Origin: Planctomycetota bacterium
GTDB lineage: Bacteria > Planctomycetota > Planctomycetia > Pirellulales > Pirellulaceae
Assembly (NCBI GenBank): GCA_963204965.1
Contig: CAUJKA010000218.1
Location: 17,464-81,463 of the forward strand
Direction: 5' to 3'
Length of the DNA: 64,000 bases
Both the position numbers and the translations under genes were made by a program. The notes beneath the pieces were generated by a model. It saw nothing but the letters and a program-made list of their open reading frames with translations, made no database searches and was not told the DNA's origin. Positions 55,501-58,312 of this stretch are shown piece after piece; the first letter of the stretch is position 1; every line of letters starts with the position of its first letter.

Positions 55501-55779
55501 GTCGATGGTGACGTTGTCGGTGATGTTAATTTGACTGTTGAGCGTGATGGTCTGAGGATTGGTTCCCGATAGATTGAACACAATCGAGTCATCGCCTGCA
55601 CTTGTGTTCGCATCAAGAACGGCTTGACGCAAGGTGCCGACCCCTGCATCGTCAAGGCTCGAAACTTCATAGACCGCCAGATGATTTCTCGCTTCAAATG
55701 TCTCAAAGCGAAGCTGTCTTCGGAAAGCTGATGAGGTGACTTGAGTTCGTCGGGATGAACGTGAAGATCTTGAGCTCAT
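34540..55779 (-). CDS. Giant (7079 aa) secreted mosaic beta-helix / adhesin-like protein with an embedded zinc-metalloprotease motif
   Basis: A single uninterrupted 21,240-nt ORF with an ATG start at 55779. Reading from the N-terminus:
- An R/S-rich leader with FETFEARNHLAV.
- Pmp-like GGAI/FxxN repeats.
- Three heads of the form xGxGSLRQxxxDxN.
- Hundreds of RNVISGN...GI parallel beta-helix coils.
- LamG-like insertions.
- A PKD array.
- About 59 acidic 20-aa repeats.
- HELGHLLGLRH.
- A PPC-like domain.
- Four MBG units.
- RTX GGxGxD nonapeptides. Confidence 0.9.
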   Translation of the reverse strand: MSSRSSRSSRRTQVTSSAFRRQLRFETFEARNHLAVYEVSSLDDAGVGTLRQAVLDANTSAGDDSIVFNLSGTNPQTITLNSQINITDNVTIDGTTFAPGIKVSGGNSTRLFSVANAVSFTIDTLTLADGASPSSGAAIQNSGTTTINRSTVSGNQSSDDAGAIVNFSVLVISNSTFSGNSTSNDGGSIRSNGTLTISNSTFSKNHAGIAGGAIRNDGTLTISNSIVSGNTANQFGPDLFGTIVSGGYNLVENTNSLTVTGTTTGNILGQSALLGPLGDYGGPTQTHPISANSPAFNAGDPLLSNADQRGQSRVGQADIGAFESELNRWFVTSTADTGAGSLRQSIVDGNTYTGADKVYFSIPTADAGYNSGTGAWTIALASALPAITESLHIDGKTQSSFIHPIVELRGDSAGTGVNGLRITASGSVIEGLVINRFDGSGVLLDGISASGNVIRGSYIGTDVTGLVDLGNGVNGIEIVSAPNNIIGGVTAADRNVISGNNLNGVKILQGDGNTIVGNYVGLGADGTTTIGNTNNGLYGVFTANTTIGGSTAGARNVVSGNGASGIVFDTGASAIVTSNYVGLTADGAAARMNLGLGVNVFEMSNARIGGTNAGERNVVVSNSIGISASSNTPGTQIIGNYVGTNAAGTVGLSSGGSGVMVYFTSDVTVGGSSAAARNVIMQGANSDGIFLQNSNDITIQGNYIGTDVTGMTTTASLANRGIILAASSALIGTDGDGNNDATEGNVIVGAAVNVDLQGLAGSVVAGNLIGTNVLGNSILGSSSLGIRDESAGSNQIGTNSDGTSDVLERNIIAGAATGIFAAAPNTVIAGNYIGTNITGTEPLPNGTGIDIVGSNITVGGTASLARNLISASSGDGIRIRNATATNNSVLGNYIGTDITGTKSNGTEIYESFDYSNGDLLGQVGGQSFSGAWGDYSSGDNGFTIQSGLTYPGLSTSGGSAGDLPTLFNDGNSRQYDSTTYNGLVNRGEFWFSFLYNVSNGYFSVNPFVAFTGINNIGRMELSDGGGIFLTGGAWSGDTVEGATVPLGQNVWIVGKLTVTGTSDDGANDRMEMWVNPTPGVVPSNSTRVIDANFAFSAPVNSGVIVQTNSTPSLRFDEYRVSANYPGIDFGNAVGVSIQNGAFSNTIGGTTTAARNLISGNSGSGVEIIGSSTLVYSDDFNGYFGGNQNLTQPGTGLALSYAGNLPGWNKAGFNAVHAIDQGGGNFAPNFFHTDSISLASAIAANDAGLSYSVSLDIGPTVYADLNQATLATDGIVVEILRSDNSVLETETILSGTWTTGPGAHALSNRTFSYTGDGTGDVRVKISTNNPGSNRFGGAIDNLQIRESVTHNNVISGNYIGTNVDGSTAIGNGTGIAVFGSAPNNTIGGATGSARNLISGNGRGLDSGGAGSGTTIQGNYFGVNASGTTPLPNYTIGNNAIDVAGSGTIGGLTPIPGTGAGNLFGGIVHLTGESTVLGNTFGLQIDGTTILDVAVSATQSSSGIRSEAAGSTIGGTLSGSRNVFAGYGAANFNGNSYLDIMFGGTNTVQGNYFGTDKTGLLNRNTGDVRGIQTVFGASGNIVGGPAADARNVIVGGTRGFETYEPGNTFEGNYVGIAADGVTAFGMSQVGVFIRDNNNTIRGNVISGSSTVAGLRLEDTTTGTIVAGNFIGTDASGTLARPNLIGISVGTSGNIIGGPNAVDRNVISGNVDYGLRFDFGSTDNTVQGNLVGVKIDGSTSLLNGAGALNVATNATLKGTGLFTGNIVNQGSIAPGNSPGIITINGDYTQSAVAALDIELEGTNAATPEFDQLIVNGTVVLNGTLNVILLGGYVPSQGNSFKIIDNDGSDAIVGTFSGLAEGATITLGGNELSISYVGGSGNDVVLTNLSTTYYVTTTNDAGAGSLRQALLDTNAHPGLDRIAFNIAISDPNYDSLTTSWSIATTAALPTITEAVHIDGTTQPGFTTRPVIEIRGDGAGPSVSGFTITSSDSVLEGLAINRFTGSGVAITGSGALGNVVIGNYIGLDVLGAADQGNAGDGILVSGGASNNSIGGLTQAARNVISGNNGDGIEFNDADNNIIIGNYIGLNALGTARIGNTLNGILIQNASSNNRIGTDGDGLNDTSERNVISGNASGLTANINILGAGTMNNVVAGNFIGTTADGQSGLTNSGRGVRIATNATFNRIGTDGSNDAFNASERNVISGHSGVAVYVVGGSNDNVVAGNYIGLNATGTGAIGNNLDGVSLELVSRTRVGTNADGIADALEANVVGASGGWGVLVANASSLNSISGNRIGTNADGSAVIPNTRGGLLMGANATFNTIGGTVAGAGNLISGNTGPGVSIVRTYLGVTYPASPNNMVAGNFIGTDISGTLDLGNSGPGIYVEEPNTTIGGITAASRNVIGGNDTEGIVITGSFATGITVSGNYIGVNESGSAAIPNRHGLLLSNGATNNTIGGTTIGTRNIISGNDRGIMIDSVSGNFVQGNFIGTDSTGLQSLGNAVGVEIKGFGAPVAFGNVIGGLVAGAGNVIGGNGVGVSLEGNGVTNNTVAGNTIGLGVDGTTIVANVNGVQMNGSYSNTIGGTTAAARNVISGNSNSAVFLNFGAYQNTISGNYIGTDRTGMFARPNSEIAIFVNGPSNTIGGVVSGAGNVISGNGKEGVFINDSHQFNVIAGNIIGLNASGDAAIGNGRYGIAFGGNVHNTTIGGTTRQASNIISGNALEGIYINSVNIVEGTIGLWNSNTTTSTVNGLTGTLNNGAAILTQGKGQSRTVFNFDGVDDYFSIPDAPILRPTSMTADGWFNFDSVTAGDGARVLFSKTIGSGFLDSFGLRFDGSNLLAEISDGTNVSQAVKAFTPIVGQRYHLAMSFDDAVDELKLYIDGIEAASITTGMSIAYDSHPVLLAADIEFETPSHHFAGRIDDFALYGRALSATEIAKIVSIGGGSKTSNTVIGNYIGTSADGTVDLGNSGSGIRIGSNSPGNLIGGAATGAGNLISGNNGYGVFLDSVSNTVIQGNLIGTNALGTEPIGNTLDGINGYSFETRIGGSDVGSGNVISGNLRSGIDIGGDSNTIAGNFIGTNKDGTDAIQNAQNGISSYSNNSLIGGFTAAERNIIVAPLSGVSLNSSFNTRISGNYIGTDVTGTRVLASGNPTGVTMFGHVAATDITIGGGEPGAGNVINVGTVGNGLGVHIQHVGGSNNKVQGNLIGTDPTGSFKVGNNWGVLVDWQNGVVIGTDSNGVNDATEGNVISGNVNGIMFGGFGGGTITGTVIAGNKIGTDKDGKKVIGNSNDGMQLNSYGSTRVGTNSDGVNDENEGNVIAGSGRAGIWFSGDNTLIAGNYIGTDRNRELTLSNSYGIIAAAGSGHTIGGTTAASKNYIYNSSNTGLRLEGNTSQVGTILNNFFALNNNLAIDAGNSGITLNEDETDDVLNYPVVTSTTIVGSDLIVEGFVGAGRTVQLFTSGASLNAIGQGLSLLATLTEGSVDDLDISTGSYGPTVNGRIVSIGSVASNAFRFQIPLSSGVSYGSALTALTLGSTSEFSPIFFVGDVGSSLAPQISLDATTITTTAQESIEIGGSFYDPDSASWTATVDYGDGSGARPLELESDRSFQLRHSYATNGTYSITVRITDETSVSTSRTINVSVQNEAPTASFDLFEITSPALEGQLIQLKGQFEDTSGSYSATIDWGDGSTSTLTQAFSSEGQITSLGNNKFEIRATHVYRDDFNPSGSATESDVYRVVVTVSDGAGIDVTPTGLFLEEIRNVLPSNLQVNLSSSSISEGQVVSLSGSFLDPGRDDSHKLVVDWGDGTQTLIDLPASSNALRSFSGLPALQHVYANDQTVGADQYTITVSVADDDQPNSPVLMESLLSVSNVVPMGLTLSANSLTIQENGLILLSGSFVDPGLLDSHSVSINWGDGSSTTNLKLPAGQGAFTGIKHFYADNSASGFHNITVSVSDKDTPLSATATLPIQVLNTLPLVGNVTIAGIGAPVSEGDELTITGSYTDESPLDTHQVTVSWGDNTTSLATVDPTTRTFTASHRYRDNGAIGLVYNGPGPHPTGHYLAEIVVTVTDDDGASTSTAQLQRVDNVAPSLLVQPSTNNNDPNLIQLVAQSSDLGDFDPVAISWQAYPAGVIGAPVQTGSGLSFSVDRTSYPNSVWRVRVEATDDDGGSFVYETALLVGTAASDNIAINDVTFTSAGVSKLLVMGLGGNDVIDGTQVAAAGNQLILDGGDGTDNLFGGAGNDIYYLWRGNDKANVPIVSGPTPVELGSDTYKLKPNSELTVIDRSGDNTLDFGLADYGDNSGITFDLQIANSTSLTQQDVSFTQPSLHFVSTLGSFNSLVGSNFGDRLTAASNSTVSSGAGSDILNVKSGTTGAVISGGADDDTLTTTGVDIANLNFGGDEGTDSLINLGSITGLTFRGGADDDVLTNEGVVLALLNFGGDDGVDQLFNEGTIASLEFNGGADEDLLQNRGSVTGSLNFGGDEGVDAFLNAGSIALLTFQGGADDDVFINNGATPTALSFIGDDDILLSGLGTIGVMNFGGDDGADVFVNLSTITTLTFSGGADDDLFVNHGTAATSLNFGGDNDQLVGLGAIGSLSFQGDSGLDELRNLGTIADLTFGGGADDDLLANSGTITASLNFGGDDGIDGLFNTGSIAALTFVGGADDDILINNGPVSTTIHFGGDDDVLTGLGTIATLNFGGDDGADLLVNLGTAGTINFAGGADDDRFVNAGTLVTSLSFAGDDDILVSGTATVTTLNFGGDDGADLVQNSGTISNLTFGGGADDDIIVNQGVILGTLTFGGDDDLLVSGSGVATLSFSGDSGSDSLVNIASIGTVNFFGGADDDLIRNSGSITGQLNFGGDDGADAIVNTGSLSGVLFNGGADDDTLANVGQIFSSLSFGGDDGADNLQNSGTIASLTFGGGADDDLLVNRGTITGGLIFGGDDDILVGPSSVSLIHFVGDQGADTLVNLGSAGSVQFTGGADSDRLENSGSVIGALNFQGDEGADSLINRGAVGSISFTGGADDDILLNNSTMTSLTFIGGADDDVLSNHGSLIGLINFQGDSGDDVLINNGGSISTLTFAGGADDDVLVSNGKGMGSIVFNGDSGSLVVGQSSRDTMIVRGSGNASPTSSVLFEGGYDSDAFENNAGGFATITFLGGADGDAMLNNASTLNSLSFVGDSGEDVLVNHGDTISSLVFTGGADDDVLVNDGDSIVTLNFSGGADEDLLVNSGHQIGAIDFSGGADDDLIVNSGNSLGSLNFSGGADDDLLINDGAFIATIQFGGDQGLQVGQSGGNDRLWNRKTGVGIGSIVYTGDDGADVLVNDAVQIGAIDFTGDSGSDALQNNGQVTALVFAGGADDDFLVNSGSLGTVEFTGGADDDTLVNRGTLIGSIDFQGDGGADLLVNGGVVDSILFTGGADNDTLQNSAQVTTLSFLGDEGTDTLVNNAEMVTLNFSGGADDDLLQNNATVSSLVFVGGADSDLLINNGNDIASINFGGDEGADTLINNGNDLVQLTFVGGADSDTLRVSGTNIGSVNFVGGADADSFTYNAVGTSTSTVEFYGDTGDDFFAMRGVANSILFRGGQGNDQVMIIGSGTMDINGQEGNDRYTFVSNPIADVTISEAYTGSGDLSADTFDFSSFTGGAANLDLRKVTLWQSQGTGQLRLALADDMSIENVIGTTFADTIYGNPRSNYIGGADFDQPFSGPVAAPRGVTQWVLLDFDTYTNTNAADLETGTIDNGEYVYSSLDREAIRQRVEAVYRGPNVGAPWFDVRVVTSLAEIPQEYSTNGQFTTIFFNRTPTSGRPGGLASEIDPGNVNLNGYAFTQVNGLLGGVVSIADTLAAVQPEDDSEGVKHGSGCNCAICKGLLLDIAAGDSKPDATRENFVLLSSKIAAHELGHLLGLRHQDAFGPIGSGLHDPPGPSGYAPVYTGPAGGFETFDHIIGSPASIGSNRFNDLNDLFFGEREAIKLAFAGSDPNVTTRVETSSSHGALETADLISPVSLAVPNTLSRGVNQSKDFFVQIASINGQIEIDSSTGRSQSDWYAFNGSAGELINIDLFSNSVSRFGTGVGGELTSDDFVDSIVRVWYVVEGVPQLVPYYNGLAENDDTFEPTDSSIVDLRLPSNGLYYIEVDTFNRFGDVLGDPQNPISPLNPLNPNNIFSDAERVARFGDSVNDTDTGKYQLLMFKFRKASSSDGIDDLKGFGGTDTIAGGVGEDYVLSYSLGSTVTIDEGATFARSVTVFDPAASNWSLSTVDYGDGTGAQPLVVNASGVFELNHRYDDNGSYTVIVTIVDDIGQTLTQTLDITAQNIAPTATLLGSTIVYGDSATASLNGAFDVSSSDTVAGIRYAFALNAGDLTSVTYASSSTANNAILNGLVVGENTLYARVIDKDGGYTQYTSMINVLPRLLTVTAESKTKIYGDTEPALTFAFGALYNGDTLSVFTGALSRTAGENVGTYAINQGTLAAGSNYTIAYAGADLAITPRSLTVTADSKSKIYGDADPALTFTFGTLYNGDTSSVFTGALSRTAGETVGTYAINQGTLAAGSNYTIAYAAADLAITPKSLTVSANSRTKLYGDSDPTLTYIYSPLVNGDTSNVFVGSLSRTTGENVGNYNILQNTLSAGANYTVNYVGTLFTISAAPLTISADSKSKLVGQVDPALTYQVSGLKFSDTASTVVSGSLTRQPGETAGVYNILPGTIATNANYSLVYVSNTLTITGSIVNNPPTVSISTPTDGFMNLASTFVFTATDPDAVDQSGVYTYLINWGNGATTTVTGSRTKSVSYAYPNVSSRGQFQITAQVTDPRGAVSTFATKSFVVGGWTLMADPVNAGKAILVLVGSQGSDNIKLKLRDDDYYKVRIVDRDEDIQRRGTVHGNVDRILVFAYAGNDKVTIDDDICETAEIWGGSGDDDIKGGSGSDIILGEAGDDNLWGGDGRDIVIGGLGADRIHGDANDDILIAGFTMYEASFATSAPAAFGSTTSMTLEQQRVALEAILAEWTSNRNYATRRQNILGTGTGPRNNGTYFLKTSNSSMTQNTVFDDAAVDRLWGDSGTDWFFANTLGDLGNVLDDIRDRNGSELTEDLDKWW
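34925..35095 (-). repeat. RTX-type Ca-binding nonapeptide repeats near the C-terminus
   Basis: Reads GGSGDDDIKGGSGSDIILGEAGDDNLWGGDGRDIVIGGLGADRIHGDANDDILIAG. Confidence 0.75.
35648..36589 (-). repeat. Four tandem 78-aa MBG-type units (234-nt period); the first two are nearly identical at DNA level
   Basis: K(I/L)YGD.DP.LT...G.L.NGDT.SVF.G.L.R..GE.VG.Y.I.QGTLAAGSNYTI.Y occurs four times. Units 36122-36355 and 36356-36589 share long identical stretches, for example CCAGCGGCAAGCGTACCTTGATTGATTGCGTAGGTTCC. Confidence 0.8.
37400..37690 (-). other. Pre-peptidase C-terminal (PPC)-like domain after the protease region
   Basis: The pattern runs DWYAFNGSAGELINIDLFS...ENDD...GLYYIEVDTF. Confidence 0.55.
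38089..38121 (-). other. Metzincin-type zinc-binding motif HExxHxxGxxH
   Basis: The reverse complement of 38083-38127 reads AAHELGHLLGLRHQD (His5887, Glu5888, His5891, His5897). Confidence 0.75.
39000..42690 (-). repeat. About 59 tandem copies of an acidic 18-21-residue repeat (F-x-G-G-A-D-D-D-x-L-x-N-x-G-x-x-x-x-L-x alternating with F-G-G-D-x-G-x-D...)
   Basis: I counted the copies by hand in the translation, from ISGGADDDTLTTTG to FRGGQGNDQVMIIG. The 60-nt periodicity also produces the SSSAPP-rich antisense ORFs in the track (40211..42838). Confidence 0.8.
43255..45125 (-). repeat. Array of six PKD/Ig-like units inside the giant CDS
   Basis: There are six units of about 100 aa. Each carries (V/I)DWGDG(S/T) or DYGDGS, then H.Y, then Y.(I/V)TV.V.D. 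Confidence 0.7.
46990..47490 (-). other. LamG / concanavalin-like lectin domain inserted in the beta-helix
   Basis: TVFNFDGVDDYFSIPDAPILRPTSMTADGWFNF...YHLAMSFDDAVDELKLYIDGIEA...FAGRIDDFALYGRALSATEI matches the Laminin_G_3 pattern. Confidence 0.7.
55059..55377 (-). repeat. Polymorphic-membrane-protein (Pmp)-type repeats inside the giant CDS
   Basis: Carries GAAIQNSGTTTINRSTVSGN, GGSIRSNGTLTISNSTFSKN and GGAIRNDGTLTISNSIVSGN. These show the GGA(I/L/V) and FxxN signature periodicity. Confidence 0.6.
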
Positions 55780-56582
55780 GGATTTTCCGCAAAGGCTGGA
55801 GTGCAGATGGTAGCTGTCAAGTTGTCAATCGACTGCAAGTGTCGGATCGACTTTCAATAATTGAGTTTTCAAGGCAGGCTGACCAATCGCGTAGGCATTG
55901 ATCAGATTTGGGCAAGTTTGTTCCAACGAGAGTCCCGGGGCAAAGTCATCGCAGGTTTGCGTACCTGCAATTGGGACTCTCGCTGGTACAAACTCAATTT
56001 GTATGGAGAGGCTTACTTGGGGCAGTTTCCGAAACGGCCAAGCTATTCGCCAAGCGACCGAAATTGTCACCAACGCATGACATAAGGTCGGTCATCTGCA
56101 TCTCCGTCAGATAGGGCAAAGGACGGTAATTTCACACGGATGGAAGTGAGTAGGCGCGGCCGTATCTTACAAGAGGAGACCAGCAGTAGAAGATGATTTT
56201 TGTTGTTTATCGGGGGGTGTGCACAACTTCGATTTTCTTCGGAGAAATCGAAAAAACTCACGTCACAAACCGAAAAAGCTTGCAGTACTAGGAGTTTCTT
56301 TCGAGATTGAGACTTCGCGATTCTGAACGCTTGTCACGCTCATTTCGCGCATGCCACAAAGTTGGGCTCAAAGAATCGGTGAGCTGCTTGACCGCAACGA
56401 TTTGCTTCCTGCGGTTTTCAAAAGCGAGGTAGACTGCTCGGATTTCACCCAAGCCTAGATCGCTAATCAGTCGATTGAACTGAGTTCAATCAACTCGCAA
56501 TGAAGTCGTATTCTGATACCATATTCGAACTTACGGAATCGAAGGTCAAAGTGTTTATTGCTTCAAGTTAGGGAGAGTTCGA

Positions 56583-56783
56583 TTGAGCTTGATCATAATT
56601 GTTGCTTTAGCTGCAGTGGTTGCCACGTTGGCTAACAATAACTCAGATTCGCCTGTTCTGTGGGGACTCGTGACATTCATTTGTGGAATTATCGGCTTGT
56701 CAGTGTTTGGATTCTCGGGAGGACTGATCGGGGCTGTTGCTGGAGCCGCGATCTATCTCGTGAATCACGCAAGGTTTGGCTAG
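56583..56783 (+). CDS. Small two-TM membrane protein (hypothetical)
   Basis: The TTG start is preceded by GGGAGAG at a 6-nt spacing. The 66-aa product has two Gly/Ala-rich hydrophobic helices. Confidence 0.45.
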   Translation: MSLIIIVALAAVVATLANNNSDSPVLWGLVTFICGIIGLSVFGFSGGLIGAVAGAAIYLVNHARFG

Positions 56784-56894
56784 ACCAAGGTTGAGCCTTC
56801 AAGCCATCACAGGCTGCTCAGCACTCTACTCGAAAGTCGCGATTAGAACACAGTCATTAGAGCAACTTCAGTTCCGAAACCACGGACGACTCAT

Positions 56895-57305
56895 ATGCCA
56901 CCTTCCGCATTTGTATTGATATTCATCGCCATCGTCGTATCGATCATCATTCGCCTTTTCGCAGGTGGAATGGACAGTGATCGCGTTGGGGAATACATCC
57001 GCAGCCAAGGAGGCGAGTTGCTTGATTCGAAATGGAGTCCGTTTGGACGTGGTTGGTTTGGGGAGAAGAACGACAGGATCTATGAAGTCCGCTATCGAGA
57101 TCATTTGGGAAATGTGCATGAAGCTACCGTCAAGACTTCGCTCCTTTCTGGCGTGTACTTTACCGAAGATCGAATCGTAGCTCCGGCCGAAGTTACCGAA
57201 CAGGCAGTCCAAATTGACTCGCCAGACAATGTCGAGGAGTTGGAGCTCGAGAATGCCCGATTACGTGCTCGAATAGCTGAACTAGAAAACAAACAAGAAA
57301 ATTGA
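56895..57305 (+). CDS. N-terminally anchored membrane protein with C-terminal coiled coil (hypothetical)
   Basis: ATG start; TM helix AFVLIFIAIVVSIIIRLF; a small beta-rich core (WSPFGRGWFGEKNDRIYEVRYRDHLGNVHEATVKTS); and a C-terminal ELELENARLRARIAELENKQ. Confidence 0.55.
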   Translation: MPPSAFVLIFIAIVVSIIIRLFAGGMDSDRVGEYIRSQGGELLDSKWSPFGRGWFGEKNDRIYEVRYRDHLGNVHEATVKTSLLSGVYFTEDRIVAPAEVTEQAVQIDSPDNVEELELENARLRARIAELENKQEN

Positions 57306-57333
57306 ATCGATTGAGAAGTGCAAAGGAAGCCAA

Positions 57334-57951
57334 GTGAGAGCACTGAGATTCATACTGCTAGGGCTGGTTCCATTGGTCGCTCTAGTTTCATTTTTAGCCT
57401 CGGAGGTTCGCCAAGCTAACGTCCTCACCACGGATTGGCGTGACCTTACCGTCGTTGGACGCGGTTACATCAAGACCGTCGACGCTAGTTCTGAAAATCC
57501 GCTTTGGCTTCGCACCGTTCGGCTTGAAATTGATCCTCAAGGAATTCTATGCGCCAACTTCAACGGAAGTTTGCGGCCCATTGAGCCTGTCATTAACGTC
57601 CCCAGCGACTGGACCTATTTAGTGATCGAACCTTCAGGCCAGGTCTTCATAGGTAATTCTGGAGTAAGTGGCGATTCCGTCATTGGACAAATGTCGCTAT
57701 CACTCAATTACGCAAGTTCGGCGGAGCCAGAAGTTCTCAAACTATCCGACACATCGGCGCCGCTAGTCGAAGTTCAGCCAGGCGAAAGTGGATCTGGATT
57801 CTTAATGCAACGGATGACGACGCAGAAGTGCATTCCAATTGATGGAAGAACACTATCGTCGATCGTGCTGACCATCGTTGTTTGTGCCTTTGCCACATCT
57901 TATCTTTTCGCGTGGCGTATACGCCCGGATTTGTTGATCAAACAGACATGA
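57334..57951 (+). CDS. Hypothetical protein with hydrophobic N- and C-termini and a core faintly resembling flagellar rod/hook (FlgF/G) middle domains
   Basis: The GTG start is preceded by AGGAAG. N-terminal segment LRFILLGLVPLVALVSFLA and C-terminal segment LSSIVLTIVVCAFATSYLFAW are hydrophobic. The core carries GRGYIKT, IDPQG, IEPSGQVFIG, VIGQMSL and PGESGSGFLMQ. Confidence 0.5.
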   Translation: MRALRFILLGLVPLVALVSFLASEVRQANVLTTDWRDLTVVGRGYIKTVDASSENPLWLRTVRLEIDPQGILCANFNGSLRPIEPVINVPSDWTYLVIEPSGQVFIGNSGVSGDSVIGQMSLSLNYASSAEPEVLKLSDTSAPLVEVQPGESGSGFLMQRMTTQKCIPIDGRTLSSIVLTIVVCAFATSYLFAWRIRPDLLIKQT

Positions 57952-57971
57952 TTACGCAGCCGTGTGGCGAA

Positions 57972-58016
57972 GCGGAGCCTCGAAGACAGTGCGTTCCAAG
58001 GCAGAGCCTCAGAACG
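57972..58016. repeat. REP-like imperfect palindromic element in an intergenic region
   Basis: GCGGAGCCTCGAAGAC and GCAGAGCCTCAGAACG are direct half-sites. CGTTCCAAGG-cagagc-CCTCAGAACG is an imperfect hairpin at 57992-58016. As far as I recall, it resembles the ...GTTCCCAGGCAGAGCCTGGGAACGAG... class of intergenic repeats in Pirellulaceae genomes. Confidence 0.3.
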
Positions 58017-58312
58017 AGGGGATCTGACCTCCAAGATTGTGAAGAGTCATATTGAATCTCAAATTTCGAAAACTTTTGGCCGCAAATGGTTTGGCGTACG
58101 ATAGGCACTGTAGGCGAAGGCTGTGAATCGTTGTTGGAGGACGTTTGGCTTGTTAAAGCGAGTGTCGCTCGCGGCGTTAAAAGAAACTCGTTTTCTTTTC
58201 GAATATGCTGTTTCGAATCACAGTCGGTCGCATACGATGTGCAGATCGTTCTTGCCGCCAAATTCTTGGTGAGTTAAACGATTCAGCGAAAATAACTCTG
58301 GAGCCTTGGGTG

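Noticed and set aside
55825-56261. Several ORFs of 60-82 aa on both strands, immediately upstream of the giant gene
   Set aside because: They overlap one another in different frames and have no RBS or motif. I treat the region as the giant gene's long upstream or leader region.
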